A DNA stretch of 64,000 nt from a virus, in IMG/VR virus record IMGVR_UViG_3300017917_001123, positions 267,571-331,570 of that record. One strand, given 5' to 3'. The position numbers and the translations under genes are program-made. A model generated the notes under the pieces. It ran no database searches. It was not told the origin of the DNA and saw nothing but the letters and a program-made list of their open reading frames with translations. Positions 1 through 9,821 of this stretch are shown here, one piece after another (position 1 is the stretch's first letter; each line of letters opens with the position of its first letter).

Positions 1-39
1 TAATACCTTTGATCATATAATTAATTATCGTAAAAAATT

Positions 40-744
40 ATGACACAAACTAAGTTTGAATATTACTACAATAACGTCCCTGGTCACGGATTGTGTCGTA
101 ACAACCTTGTCTATACAAGTCTAATCTCAGCTGACAAGAAAACATTCTGCCAACACTATGTTAATGATCCTGTGTATCACATGGGACAGAATACAGTAGA
201 TCCTGCGCTAATGAATGACAAATGGGCTCGAGAGCTATGTTGGCTTAATCATATGGCAACGTGGTATCCTGACCTTGTTCCTGAGATACAAGACATTGAC
301 TTATTAAACAAGAAGATTTATTTGCGTGTTGACGGGGTTGACTTCTGGGAACGTGCTGGATGTCTGACAGAAAACTTTGATAATGTTCTTCCTGACTGGC
401 AGGAACAAATGCTTAACATTATCAAAGTACATCACAACGAAGGCATGTTTAAGTACAGCATGCATCCTAGCAGTTACTTTGTTGTAGACGGCAAACTTAA
501 GAGCATTAATTATTTCTTCACATACAGCAAAGATGAAGGTCCTATTAAAATATCAGATCATCAGAGTCATCTAAGCGAGATACGACAAGCAGATCTGCGT
601 AAGAAAGTCGAAGCACTGGGCATGGAGTGGGATGCTGTTACTCCATTGAAAGACTTAGAGTACTTGTGCTGGGAAAGTTTTAGAACAAACTATCCAAACG
701 AGTTTGTAAAAAAGGTACACAATCTATGTACGACATACTTGTAA
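40..744 (+). CDS. hypothetical protein
   Basis: 234-aa ORF with coding-like composition and no recognisable motif. Confidence 0.45.
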   Translation: MTQTKFEYYYNNVPGHGLCRNNLVYTSLISADKKTFCQHYVNDPVYHMGQNTVDPALMNDKWARELCWLNHMATWYPDLVPEIQDIDLLNKKIYLRVDGVDFWERAGCLTENFDNVLPDWQEQMLNIIKVHHNEGMFKYSMHPSSYFVVDGKLKSINYFFTYSKDEGPIKISDHQSHLSEIRQADLRKKVEALGMEWDAVTPLKDLEYLCWESFRTNYPNEFVKKVHNLCTTYL

Positions 745-1466
745 ACGAATCTGATAAGTTCCACAACGATTACAACCAATGGCGTGTTAATCGTGTGCGT
801 AAGATGGAACAGGTGCTAGGCAAGGAATGGTTTAAGGGCAAGCGTGTACTAGAGCTTGCCTGCGGACAAGGAAACATTAGCGCATATCTAAAAAGCCTAG
901 GAGCAGACGTAACCGCTAGCGATGCTAGGGCGCAACATTTAATACATGTTGAAAGCACGTACAATATTGATACGTTGCTTATTGATCAGGACAAGCCTTG
1001 GACATTAGATGAACACTACGATTTGATTGTACACTTTGGTGTATTATATCATTTAAAGAACTGGAAGCAGGATTTGTCCTGTGCTCTTAAACACACAGAC
1101 ATGATGTTCTTAGAAAGTGTCGTAGCAGATACAGACGATGCGTACTTTGAACATCAGCTCGCTGAAGCAGAAGAAGGCGGACAGAATGCTTTTCATGGTG
1201 TCGGTACTGTTATGAGTGCGAGTAATGTAGAGCGTGTAATAGAAGAACTGGGTTACGAGTGGATTAGGTTTGATGATCCTGATCTAAACTTACCTAATAG
1301 AAGATTGTATCAATACGATTGGACCGTTAGTAACAACATCGATGGGTACGAGTCCGCAACATCGTTTGAAGACAAGCCATTATACGGCGGCCGCCGACTG
1401 TGGCTTATTAAGAAATCTTTCTCCAACGATCGGCTAGGGCATATGAGCCTTGGTGTACGTGCATAG
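726..1466 (+). CDS. class I SAM-dependent methyltransferase
   Basis: Motif I 'VLELACGQGN' followed by an acidic residue ('DVTASD') typical of a Rossmann MTase. Ends in TAG. Confidence 0.6.
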   Translation: MYDILVNESDKFHNDYNQWRVNRVRKMEQVLGKEWFKGKRVLELACGQGNISAYLKSLGADVTASDARAQHLIHVESTYNIDTLLIDQDKPWTLDEHYDLIVHFGVLYHLKNWKQDLSCALKHTDMMFLESVVADTDDAYFEHQLAEAEEGGQNAFHGVGTVMSASNVERVIEELGYEWIRFDDPDLNLPNRRLYQYDWTVSNNIDGYESATSFEDKPLYGGRRLWLIKKSFSNDRLGHMSLGVRA

Positions 1467-2022
1467 ATATCGCCATACGTCCGCCGTCGACAGGTTGTTC
1501 TTCTACTTCGTGCCACAAGAATCCGGGCCATGCTAATAAGTCACCTTCTTCTGGTTGTATAGTAACTAGCTTTTGTCTATACGGAGCCATTCCTGTTTGC
1601 CCTTCAAAAGGATTGTAGAAAGTAATTGCGCTACTGCCTGCGGGCATTTTGTGATAGTAAGTCATTACCATCTCAGTCGACCCGTGTGCGTGTCCGCCTA
1701 GCTTAGACCCTTTAAAGAACTGATTAATCCAACTGCGCTCTATAGCAATATCGCAGTCTTCGTAGCCAATTTCTCTCCACAGATCTTTCATGACGCTTTC
1801 GGCCCATTTGCGAAAAGGATAAACACTAGGTAAGTTCATGATGTCGTTAAACTGACGAATGGTAGTGCTGTATTCGCCCTTAGCAGTATCAATTTTTCTA
1901 TCCTCTGGTACATTGTTGAGGATATCGTTGATCTCTTTATCAAATGCTTCGCCTAGTAAATGACGATCCTGCCATTTGGTTTTGGCAATGATGACAGGAA
2001 AAACATTTTGTGCTATAATCAT
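1408..2022 (-). CDS. hypothetical protein, possibly 2OG-Fe(II)-oxygenase-like
   Basis: 204-aa ORF. 'HAHGSTEM...WHEVEEQ' His/acidic cluster is weak evidence for a cupin/2OG fold. Its 5' end overlaps the promoter for the divergent gene. Confidence 0.35.
   Translation of the reverse strand: MIIAQNVFPVIIAKTKWQDRHLLGEAFDKEINDILNNVPEDRKIDTAKGEYSTTIRQFNDIMNLPSVYPFRKWAESVMKDLWREIGYEDCDIAIERSWINQFFKGSKLGGHAHGSTEMVMTYYHKMPAGSSAITFYNPFEGQTGMAPYRQKLVTIQPEEGDLLAWPGFLWHEVEEQPVDGGRMAISMHVHQGSYALADRWRKIS
1991..2019 (+). promoter_or_regulatory. sigma70-type early promoter ATGACA-17-TATAAT
   Basis: -35 ATGACA (1991-1996), 17-nt spacer, -10 TATAAT (2014-2019), 22 nt upstream of the 2041 ATG. Confidence 0.45.
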
Positions 2023-2040
2023 GATGTAAATACTTAGCTT

Positions 2041-2592
2041 ATGACATACACCATTAAACCCTATTCCGATGACTTAGACCTAACAGAGTTTTACCAAGAA
2101 GCAGAGCGTCGTGGTTTTGTCAATAATGCTAACAAGAAGATGCTAGTTGATAGCATTTCAAAAGAGCGAGAGTGGTGCGTGTGGGTTCTTTACTACAACG
2201 ATAAAGCCGTAGGCACAGTAGGCGCACACACTCTAGATATGTTTCCAAACGCTGTCCGTATTTGTGTAAGGACTTGTGCATTTACTGATATGTTGCCTAC
2301 TCCTAGTCTTCGTACTCGAGTAGGCATCACAAGTCATCAGCACGTTACAGCACAGTTCTTTATGCCTATTTGTATCGAATGGGCAGGTAACAGAGATATG
2401 TATATTACCAGTCATGATAGTGATGTAGGAACACAGCGATTAGTTCATACTATCTGGGGACCTACATTAGAGATGACTGGTGTGTTGTCCAACGCGGGTG
2501 CTTATGATTATAGAGGACACAGACAAACGTTCTGGAAACTAAACAAGGATGTATTCCTTGAGCAGTTAAACAAGGAACCTAGATGGAAATAA
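2041..2592 (+). CDS. hypothetical protein
   Basis: 183-aa ORF. Its stop overlaps the next start (ATGGAAATAA). Confidence 0.45.
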   Translation: MTYTIKPYSDDLDLTEFYQEAERRGFVNNANKKMLVDSISKEREWCVWVLYYNDKAVGTVGAHTLDMFPNAVRICVRTCAFTDMLPTPSLRTRVGITSHQHVTAQFFMPICIEWAGNRDMYITSHDSDVGTQRLVHTIWGPTLEMTGVLSNAGAYDYRGHRQTFWKLNKDVFLEQLNKEPRWK

Positions 2593-3551
2593 GAATTCCT
2601 CTTAATACGATTACAAAGTTTGGTCAGCAGACAATGTTAGATCGCCCTTTATTCAATGTAAGTTGGATACTAGGGCGATTCTGTAATTACAAGTGTTCTT
2701 ACTGCTGGCCTTATGCTAGATCAGACAAGTTAGACTTTTTGCCTATAGAAACTTATACTAAAGTTATAGACGAAATAAAGCGGCAAGCCAGGGCGAACGG
2801 CTTCACAGAGTTTCACTGGAGTTTTAGTGGAGGCGAACCTACAGCTTTTAAACAGTTGCCAGAAATCTTTAAACACATTGAACGCGATCTTGTAAGTCCT
2901 TATCAGAGTGTTCATATGACTACTAATCTAAGCCCGGGAAGCAATTGGTGGAGAAACTGGTGCTTAATTACAAGTCCTTTACAGCGTAGAAGTATTACTG
3001 CCAGTTACCACGAAGAGTTTGCTAAAGAGCAAGAGTTTGGTGATAAGTGTCTACAGCTAATGTATGAAAGTGTTTTTGTAACAGTTAACCAAGTAATGGT
3101 TCCTGAGCGTTTCTATGAGCTGTATGAACGTTGTGCTAGACTGCGTCAGCGTGGTATCAACGTAACTCTAAAGCCACAGACAAATCCTACAGCTACAGCC
3201 GTTGTTGACGGATACACTGAAGATATGATTGCTATAATGAAGAAAGATTTTCAACAGCAGGCAAACGGAGAACAGCTACATCAAATACGACTAACTGACG
3301 GAAACAATACCTATTTTATTGATCAAGCAGAACGGTTTAATGCTTTAGGATTCAACAAGTTTAAAGGATGGAATTGCGTTGCGGGTTATCAAAGTGTTGT
3401 AATTAGAGGACAAGAAGTTAAACGTAGTCATAGTTGTCACGAAGATTCTTTAGGCACGGTTGATAATTTTACTTTGTTTAAAGAATTAAAGCCCTGTATA
3501 ACTGAGTCTTGTATGAGCTCTGCGGACAGTAAGTTACCTAAGACTAAATAG
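2583..3551 (+). CDS. radical SAM protein (with extra C-terminal Cys cluster)
   Basis: CxxxCxxC motif 'FCNYKCSYCWP'. C-terminal cysteines ('CVAGYQ...SHSCHED...KPCITESC') suggest a SPASM/twitch auxiliary cluster. Ends TAG immediately followed by TAA. Confidence 0.7.
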   Translation: MEIRIPLNTITKFGQQTMLDRPLFNVSWILGRFCNYKCSYCWPYARSDKLDFLPIETYTKVIDEIKRQARANGFTEFHWSFSGGEPTAFKQLPEIFKHIERDLVSPYQSVHMTTNLSPGSNWWRNWCLITSPLQRRSITASYHEEFAKEQEFGDKCLQLMYESVFVTVNQVMVPERFYELYERCARLRQRGINVTLKPQTNPTATAVVDGYTEDMIAIMKKDFQQQANGEQLHQIRLTDGNNTYFIDQAERFNALGFNKFKGWNCVAGYQSVVIRGQEVKRSHSCHEDSLGTVDNFTLFKELKPCITESCMSSADSKLPKTK

Positions 3552-3576
3552 TAAAAAGAAACGGTTATTCTGTCCT

Positions 3577-4299
3577 ATGATCAATACACTACGAGAAAAA
3601 ATACTGAGCTGGACCCCTGAGTTAGCAAATTCTATGTACAATAACGTACCTAGAGTAAGTGATCTCGGAGGCATGATCTACGAAAAAACAGACAATGGTT
3701 GGTTTCTTTACTCAGTAGAAAAAGCCGCATACTACGACTTAAATGGAGAAAGTTTTATTCTAGAACAGAATTCTCCAGAAATAGAAGAATCTTTAAACGT
3801 ACAAAAAACCTATTCTGATTATGCTGACGTACATAATCTTGTTAAGATAGAAAAGCCTGTAGAAATACAACAAGTTAATATCTACGGAAGAACGTACATT
3901 TATTACAAAATGGTAAGACCGTATAATACTCACGGAATACCACAGCTTAATATGATTTACGTCCCTGAAGATCAAAAAGCCTCCGCAGTTCTTGAGCTTT
4001 CAAAAATAAACTTTAAGAAAATGGATGAGCTGTTTCAGTTAATCGATGCTTGTAACGGAACATTGTATCCTAAAGAGCTTAACACTGAAAATCTACATTA
4101 TGATCCGGCAACTGACAATTACTTTTGGGCGGGTGATTTACTATTTGTTAAACCAAGACAAGAGTCAATTGATGCTCATGTATTAATGATTCCTAATTTA
4201 AGTTATTATGTAACTAAGGTAGTAGGAAAACAGGTAGATCTACAGAGCGCAATTACTAACTACGTGAATACAGAATGTTCAATACTTCAACTTCCTTAA
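3577..4299 (+). CDS. hypothetical protein
   Basis: 240-aa ORF, no motif recognised. Confidence 0.45.
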   Translation: MINTLREKILSWTPELANSMYNNVPRVSDLGGMIYEKTDNGWFLYSVEKAAYYDLNGESFILEQNSPEIEESLNVQKTYSDYADVHNLVKIEKPVEIQQVNIYGRTYIYYKMVRPYNTHGIPQLNMIYVPEDQKASAVLELSKINFKKMDELFQLIDACNGTLYPKELNTENLHYDPATDNYFWAGDLLFVKPRQESIDAHVLMIPNLSYYVTKVVGKQVDLQSAITNYVNTECSILQLP

Positions 4300-5060
4300 T
4301 CAGTTATAGAATTAAGTCTAGCAATGGTTCAGTTCTTTTTGAAGGACTAGTACCTTACGGACTACTGCCATTTGTTCAAAAAGCATTTCTTACAAATCAA
4401 GATAGATTAATGGAGTTTGAAGTAGCAACAACATCTCACGTAATTTCTAGAAACTTTTCAGACTTACCGTCAAACACTCAATACGATACAACCAATCCAG
4501 CACACATTTCAAACAGAATGTATCAGGATTTGATTACAAGCAAAGAATTAACACGCATTGCCTCTTTGAATAATGCGGCATTTGAAACTTGGCAAGCACA
4601 GTTAGATGCTGAGAGAGTTCAACAAGAACAAAACGCACTCAATGAAGTAGCCACTCAGGCACAGACATTATACGAGCAGTCCTTATTAAATCAACAACAG
4701 ATTAGTGAAGAATATGCTCAACATCTAAGAGACGAAGCATACAGATTAGACATGCTCCGTGCTCAAACTGTTACACAGATAGCAGTTGATCCTACAACCA
4801 GCGTCAGTGCTCTAATGAGCGAAGTTGGACATAACTCGGATGTACAGCGACAAATTGCCGCGTGTATGCGAGCAAACAAAGAAATTACTAAACTAGTTCT
4901 AGCTAGCACATCAACATTGTGGAATACCAGCTACGAAATTATGGATGTTGTTGCTATACAAGCGGCAACGGATAACGAAATTGCTGATCAATTAGTTGGT
5001 AAGATTCCAGAAACAAGTCTTTTATATCAAAGCCTACAACGTCTCGGTATTCTTAGTTAA
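4275..5060 (+). CDS. hypothetical protein (Gln/Glu-rich coiled-coil region)
   Basis: 261-aa ORF. Central 'QAQLDAERVQQEQNALNEVATQAQTLYEQSLLNQQQ' segment. Confidence 0.45.
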   Translation: MFNTSTSLISYRIKSSNGSVLFEGLVPYGLLPFVQKAFLTNQDRLMEFEVATTSHVISRNFSDLPSNTQYDTTNPAHISNRMYQDLITSKELTRIASLNNAAFETWQAQLDAERVQQEQNALNEVATQAQTLYEQSLLNQQQISEEYAQHLRDEAYRLDMLRAQTVTQIAVDPTTSVSALMSEVGHNSDVQRQIAACMRANKEITKLVLASTSTLWNTSYEIMDVVAIQAATDNEIADQLVGKIPETSLLYQSLQRLGILS

Positions 5061-6528
5061 AGACTTTGACACCGTAGGTATTTTCCCATTCTCTAGAATC
5101 CTCTTCGTTGTTAACCATAGGCTTGCCTTTGATGTTAAGGCTTGTGTTTAACAGTACAGGACACCCTGTAGTTTTATACCACATAACTAGTAGGGCATGA
5201 AACTCAGGATTCATTTCTTTCGTGACAGTTTGTACACGACTAGTCCCGTCAGCATGGACGATAGCAGGAAATAGCTCAGGATTCCGGCAACGAGCGACCA
5301 TTTGCATATAAGGACTGCTACCACTAGGGATATCAAAGTAATAGTGAGCCAGCTCAGCCAAAACTGCCGGCGCAAAAGGTCTGAATTCTTGTCGTTGTTT
5401 AATTCCATTTACTTTATCCTTCATCTCTAAACTTCTAGGGTCGGCTAATAGACTTCTATTACCCAATGCTCTTGGTCCAAACTCTGCTGGCCCTCTTGCT
5501 ACTCCACAAATGCCTCTGGTCATTAAGAAATGTAATATCTTAGCGTTGTTATGTTTTGTTGGGATGTTGTATCCCAAGTATGGTGTGTAGTCGATACGTT
5601 GTTTTGTTTTTGCCAATACACTACCAATTGCGCTTCCGCTATCGCCCGGAGCAGGCATAATCCAAACGTTATCAAAATACTTGTAGGCAATAGGATTTGC
5701 TGAACAGTTCAAAGCACAGCCGCCCATAAAGACTAAATTCTTGCTAGGAACACATTGTCTAGCATACTGTAACACACGTTCGAATAGTAGTTCATATACT
5801 GCCTGCGTTGCTGCCGCAATATCAAACATATCCTGCTCTGTAGTCAAATCAGGACGCCAGTCTTTACAACCTTTGTGAAAATTTCTTTTAAATGAGACTA
5901 GTCCATTAGTTTCACTAAACGGAAAATGAATAAAATCATTTAACATTGTTGTGAATAACCTCTTAGGATCACCATATGCGGCCATGCCCATGAGAATGTA
6001 CTCTTCCTCGTTGGGCTTCAATCCACACCGTTGTGTCATTGCGCTATACCACAAGCCGATACTTTCTGGATACTCTAAACTGAATACCTTTGTAAGCTCG
6101 TCATCCTTGCCCTGCCAAATAGACAGCGTATCATATTCTCCGATGGCATCGATAACTAGAACGCAGGCTTCATCAAACTTGCTAGTGTAGTAGCCTGCTG
6201 CCGCATGGCTATAATGATGTGCTACATATTCTATTGCTGTAGGAAATATGCGTTTTGATACATATTTCTTTACATTGTTTTCTCCCCACATCCATCCTTG
6301 ACCTGCTTCTAGTTGACGCATAGTTTTAAGGAACGGACGTTCGTACCAAACAACTTTGTCTGGCGTGAGTCCTCTGTTATGTAGGTAGTAAGTTAAGTCA
6401 GAGTCCAAATCTGGATCGTTTTTAATTCCAGACCACCGCTCTGTTTCTGTGGCAAATACTAGCCGATCGTTATCAAATACCGCAACTGCGGCATTGTGAC
6501 TGTTAGCTGATATTCCCCAAGTAATCAT
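5053..6528 (-). CDS. carbamoyltransferase (NodU/CmcH/NovN family)
   Basis: N-terminus 'ITWGISANSHNAAVAVFDNDRLVFATETERWSGIKND' is the hallmark of the carbamoyltransferase N-terminal domain. 491 aa, typical length. Confidence 0.8.
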   Translation of the reverse strand: MITWGISANSHNAAVAVFDNDRLVFATETERWSGIKNDPDLDSDLTYYLHNRGLTPDKVVWYERPFLKTMRQLEAGQGWMWGENNVKKYVSKRIFPTAIEYVAHHYSHAAAGYYTSKFDEACVLVIDAIGEYDTLSIWQGKDDELTKVFSLEYPESIGLWYSAMTQRCGLKPNEEEYILMGMAAYGDPKRLFTTMLNDFIHFPFSETNGLVSFKRNFHKGCKDWRPDLTTEQDMFDIAAATQAVYELLFERVLQYARQCVPSKNLVFMGGCALNCSANPIAYKYFDNVWIMPAPGDSGSAIGSVLAKTKQRIDYTPYLGYNIPTKHNNAKILHFLMTRGICGVARGPAEFGPRALGNRSLLADPRSLEMKDKVNGIKQRQEFRPFAPAVLAELAHYYFDIPSGSSPYMQMVARCRNPELFPAIVHADGTSRVQTVTKEMNPEFHALLVMWYKTTGCPVLLNTSLNIKGKPMVNNEEDSREWENTYGVKVFN

Positions 6529-6609
6529 TTGTAAATGTAAGGATCCATTTTACGCAGTTTCTTTATTTGCTGTCTGCGTTTATACCATCTATACGGTGTT
6601 AGCAACCAA

Positions 6610-7290
6610 TCAAGTATTCTTTTCATATTGTTCTCTTAACCAATTATAATTATTAATCAACAACAGGGCTTCTGGGTTATCTTGATTGTACTCTCCGTAG
6701 GACCTTCCTGCTAGTGCGCCACGAATAGCGTCGTGTCCAAATGGTTTGTCCTCTCCTACAGAGCACCATACCTTAAGACGTATAGAAGTTTCCGTGTCTA
6801 CTTGATTGTTAATTGTTTTGCTGGCTAGCTTACAACATTCTCTAAACCCGCTACGCCATGCGCTAAATGCGTCTGTGTTAAATGCTGTGTTGTTACTAAC
6901 TTCGGGCATAGCATTAAACCTAGTACCGATGCTAGTTGTCATGTCGGGCTTGCTAGTATCCATCTCCAGTGTTTGCTTTTTTGGTAAAAGTTTAACACCG
7001 CCGTATCCATATTCTAGTCCGTTAACAGGATTACGACTGCGCCATACATGAACAGCATCGTAGTCCCATTCGGGTGCCTGATAGCTAAAGTCAAAGCTGT
7101 CTAATACATCAGCGTCGCCGTCGATTACCCAAAACATTTCTGTAAACGATTTCTTTGCGGCGGCAAGGTGTGCGTTATGAATACCTTCTACATCCTTAAC
7201 CCGCTTTAATAAAGGAAAGCGACTCTTTAGCTTTTTGTAGTTTTCTTCAGCATTTGGTTCTCCATAGCTGATAAAGATCATATCATACAT
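6610..7290 (-). CDS. nucleotide-diphospho-sugar-transferase-like protein (paralog of 9814..10689)
   Basis: 'IFISYGEPNAEENY...WVIDGDADV' matches 'VFISYDEPNAEMNY...FVTVDADNIV' in the paralog. The DxD-like motif suggests a GT-A fold. Confidence 0.45.
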   Translation of the reverse strand: MYDMIFISYGEPNAEENYKKLKSRFPLLKRVKDVEGIHNAHLAAAKKSFTEMFWVIDGDADVLDSFDFSYQAPEWDYDAVHVWRSRNPVNGLEYGYGGVKLLPKKQTLEMDTSKPDMTTSIGTRFNAMPEVSNNTAFNTDAFSAWRSGFRECCKLASKTINNQVDTETSIRLKVWCSVGEDKPFGHDAIRGALAGRSYGEYNQDNPEALLLINNYNWLREQYEKNT

Positions 7291-8476
7291 TAAAGTAGGC
7301 CTTATAGTGTTCTTCTAACTCAATCATTGCTTTGTGCTTTTTAATCGTTGTTAGATTTTCATAGTTGTGTTTTAAAATTGGTTTGATTGATTCTAACCAG
7401 CTTGCTTTGTCTTCTATGGCTTTTAGTTTTTGTAGACTATTGATAATAGCATCTAGTCTTTGCTCTGTAGGCAATGTGTCGTAGCTTTCGTCTATAAATC
7501 CGTCAAACGTTTTATATCCTAAATCTCGCAACCTCTTCAAACTTCCCCGGCCACCCACAACAATAAACGGCTGTAGACAAGCAATAGGTTTAAAAATCTT
7601 TTCACTACAAAATGTAGATAACTCGTAGTCAGCAAACTGCGGCTCTGTTACAATGCTAACCCATGACTGTGCGTACAGATTTGGTAACACTCTTCCAATG
7701 TACACAGGATCTGGTTCTACATTGTTCGGCTTGCCATCAATTAACATAGGCAAATACTTGCGTCCTTGTTCTAGCAAACTTTGACTTGGCCAATCATTAG
7801 TTAATGGATGTATATGATGACCGTAGTCGTTCATACTAACAATACCGTCATCAAGTAAGCCCGCTTCTAATAACTTTAAGAAGAACCAGCTTCTATGTGA
7901 ACGTGGCCTCTTGTTTAAGCAATCATATAGTTTAGTCTTTGTATTAGCAGACACAACGGGCATTGGTCTAGAACGAGCATACCACATAAGGTCTGGTTCA
8001 AAGTGCTCAAATGTAATAACCTTCATAGGCTTTACATTGTGTGTGCTAACATATATCGAATACTGCTCCGGTGCCTGTGCGTTGCCTGTTATGTATATAA
8101 CTGCCTGCGGGGTAACACTATGGTTAGCTAACTCTTGATGAAACCAATCCCATAACTGAGGTGTCTGATAACCTTCAAGTGATTGATCGATACACAACAT
8201 TGCCCGCCCTTCCTGTAGGTCTAGCAAGTTCTGCTTAGGCAAATGGTTTAGAATACTGTCTCTAGCCCAGTCGTGCGGATGATGGTTAACACCTGTGCCA
8301 ATAATGTAATGATCTGCGCTTCCTGTGATAATGCTTATGTGATTGTCTTGATTAAAGTGATTAATCATTCTATCTAGCATAGGAGGTGTGGTAAATCGTT
8401 TGATACCAGATCCTGCCCTGTCTGTACAAGCAATAAAGTTTTCTCTAGCAGATATATTTTCAAACGCTACACGCAC
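7283..8476 (-). CDS. hypothetical protein (possible glycosyltransferase)
   Basis: 397-aa ORF embedded in the transferase cluster, no clear motif. Confidence 0.4.
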   Translation of the reverse strand: MRVAFENISARENFIACTDRAGSGIKRFTTPPMLDRMINHFNQDNHISIITGSADHYIIGTGVNHHPHDWARDSILNHLPKQNLLDLQEGRAMLCIDQSLEGYQTPQLWDWFHQELANHSVTPQAVIYITGNAQAPEQYSIYVSTHNVKPMKVITFEHFEPDLMWYARSRPMPVVSANTKTKLYDCLNKRPRSHRSWFFLKLLEAGLLDDGIVSMNDYGHHIHPLTNDWPSQSLLEQGRKYLPMLIDGKPNNVEPDPVYIGRVLPNLYAQSWVSIVTEPQFADYELSTFCSEKIFKPIACLQPFIVVGGRGSLKRLRDLGYKTFDGFIDESYDTLPTEQRLDAIINSLQKLKAIEDKASWLESIKPILKHNYENLTTIKKHKAMIELEEHYKAYFNV

Positions 8477-9821
8477 GATAAAACTCCGCTAGGTGTGGGA
8501 AAGTTGTAGTAAAGTTTGTACCACGTCTGCGGTCATGTTCTTTAAACCATTCGTAGAAGTCTTTACGTCCCTCTGTTAACTTGTCCTCTGGATAGTGGGT
8601 AGTTTCCATATAGTCTACTACACGTCTAAACTTTTCGTACTCTAATTCGCTAAACTTTCCTCTAGTCAGTCCCTTCATATGATTCTTAATGAATTCTAAA
8701 TGGCTGTACATGTAAGGCATAAACTCCTCTTTTGGTAGTATGTTCATGTCGTACTGTAAAGGTTCTTTGAGATAGGGTGTGTCAAATCGAATACGCTGAT
8801 ACTGTGTTTGGAATATCTTGTTATACTTCTTACGCCATTCTAGGATCTTTTCTAACAAGCTAGTAAAGCTAGTAACTGCTAGAATGTTAAATGTGATCAT
8901 AAAGGTAATGGGCAAGTTTGTCTTGGTAAGGTATATATCTAAGTTCTTTTCCCAAACTGTTAAGTCTAGTCCTGTGCGAGCATACTCCGCAGGCTTACCC
9001 CACGTGTCGATACTAGTAAACAGTTTAAACTTTTTAATCTTACCTTCTTTGAGCAACTTGTTAACACGTTCTGTTAATCGTTCTACTAGGATAGGCTTTA
9101 CACCTAAGTTACTGTTTAAATTAAGTTCTAAATTAGGTTTAGGATTGTTGTCTAACTCGTCAAACAAACGCCACGTGCTTTTTTGTAGCAAAGGTTCGCC
9201 GCCTGTGATGCGTAAGATGTTTAGTGTCTTACTAACTTCGGGCCACCATTGCCACCATGCGTTAACATACGGGTTATTATCTTCTTCATAGACTTGGAAC
9301 CAATCGACATCGTTTCTATGATTCTTAACCATACTATAAGGGCCGTGATCTCTAATCTCTTTGTAGTAGGCAGAACTATGCTTTGGATGGCAGTAACCGC
9401 ATTTGAAGTTGCACTCGTTTCCAAAACTTATTTCAATGTATTCTGGATTTACGTTAGCCATTGGTGCGTTTTTAATTTCTGCAAAACGCTCGGGTGTATA
9501 GATACTAGCATTTCTTTCGTATCTATCGCTAATGTAGTCTGGACCCATTGCTTCGATGTTCCAGCAATATTGGCAACCACTTGGCTTTTCTCCCTGTAGC
9601 ATAGCGTAACGCTCATCACGCTTTTGATTTGTGTTGTGTAATGCGCTAGGATTAATAGCTAATTCCAACAAAGGAACTACATGCGGTCTTGGATGATAGC
9701 AACTATGTGTCTGCCCTGTTTGTAAGTAGATAGTTGTGTGATGCCACTTAGCCATACAAAATGTAGGGCTAATTTCATTCATTATAGGAATAATCTTTTT
9801 AATGCGATCTACGTCAGACAC
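8460..9821 (-). CDS. radical SAM protein (paralog of 2583..3551)
   Basis: CxxxCxxC 'FGNECNFKCGYCHP' in the same sequence context as the other radical SAM enzyme. Additional Cys motifs 'SGCQYCWNIEA' and 'SCYHPRPH'. Confidence 0.7.
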   Translation of the reverse strand: MSDVDRIKKIIPIMNEISPTFCMAKWHHTTIYLQTGQTHSCYHPRPHVVPLLELAINPSALHNTNQKRDERYAMLQGEKPSGCQYCWNIEAMGPDYISDRYERNASIYTPERFAEIKNAPMANVNPEYIEISFGNECNFKCGYCHPKHSSAYYKEIRDHGPYSMVKNHRNDVDWFQVYEEDNNPYVNAWWQWWPEVSKTLNILRITGGEPLLQKSTWRLFDELDNNPKPNLELNLNSNLGVKPILVERLTERVNKLLKEGKIKKFKLFTSIDTWGKPAEYARTGLDLTVWEKNLDIYLTKTNLPITFMITFNILAVTSFTSLLEKILEWRKKYNKIFQTQYQRIRFDTPYLKEPLQYDMNILPKEEFMPYMYSHLEFIKNHMKGLTRGKFSELEYEKFRRVVDYMETTHYPEDKLTEGRKDFYEWFKEHDRRRGTNFTTTFPHLAEFYRACSV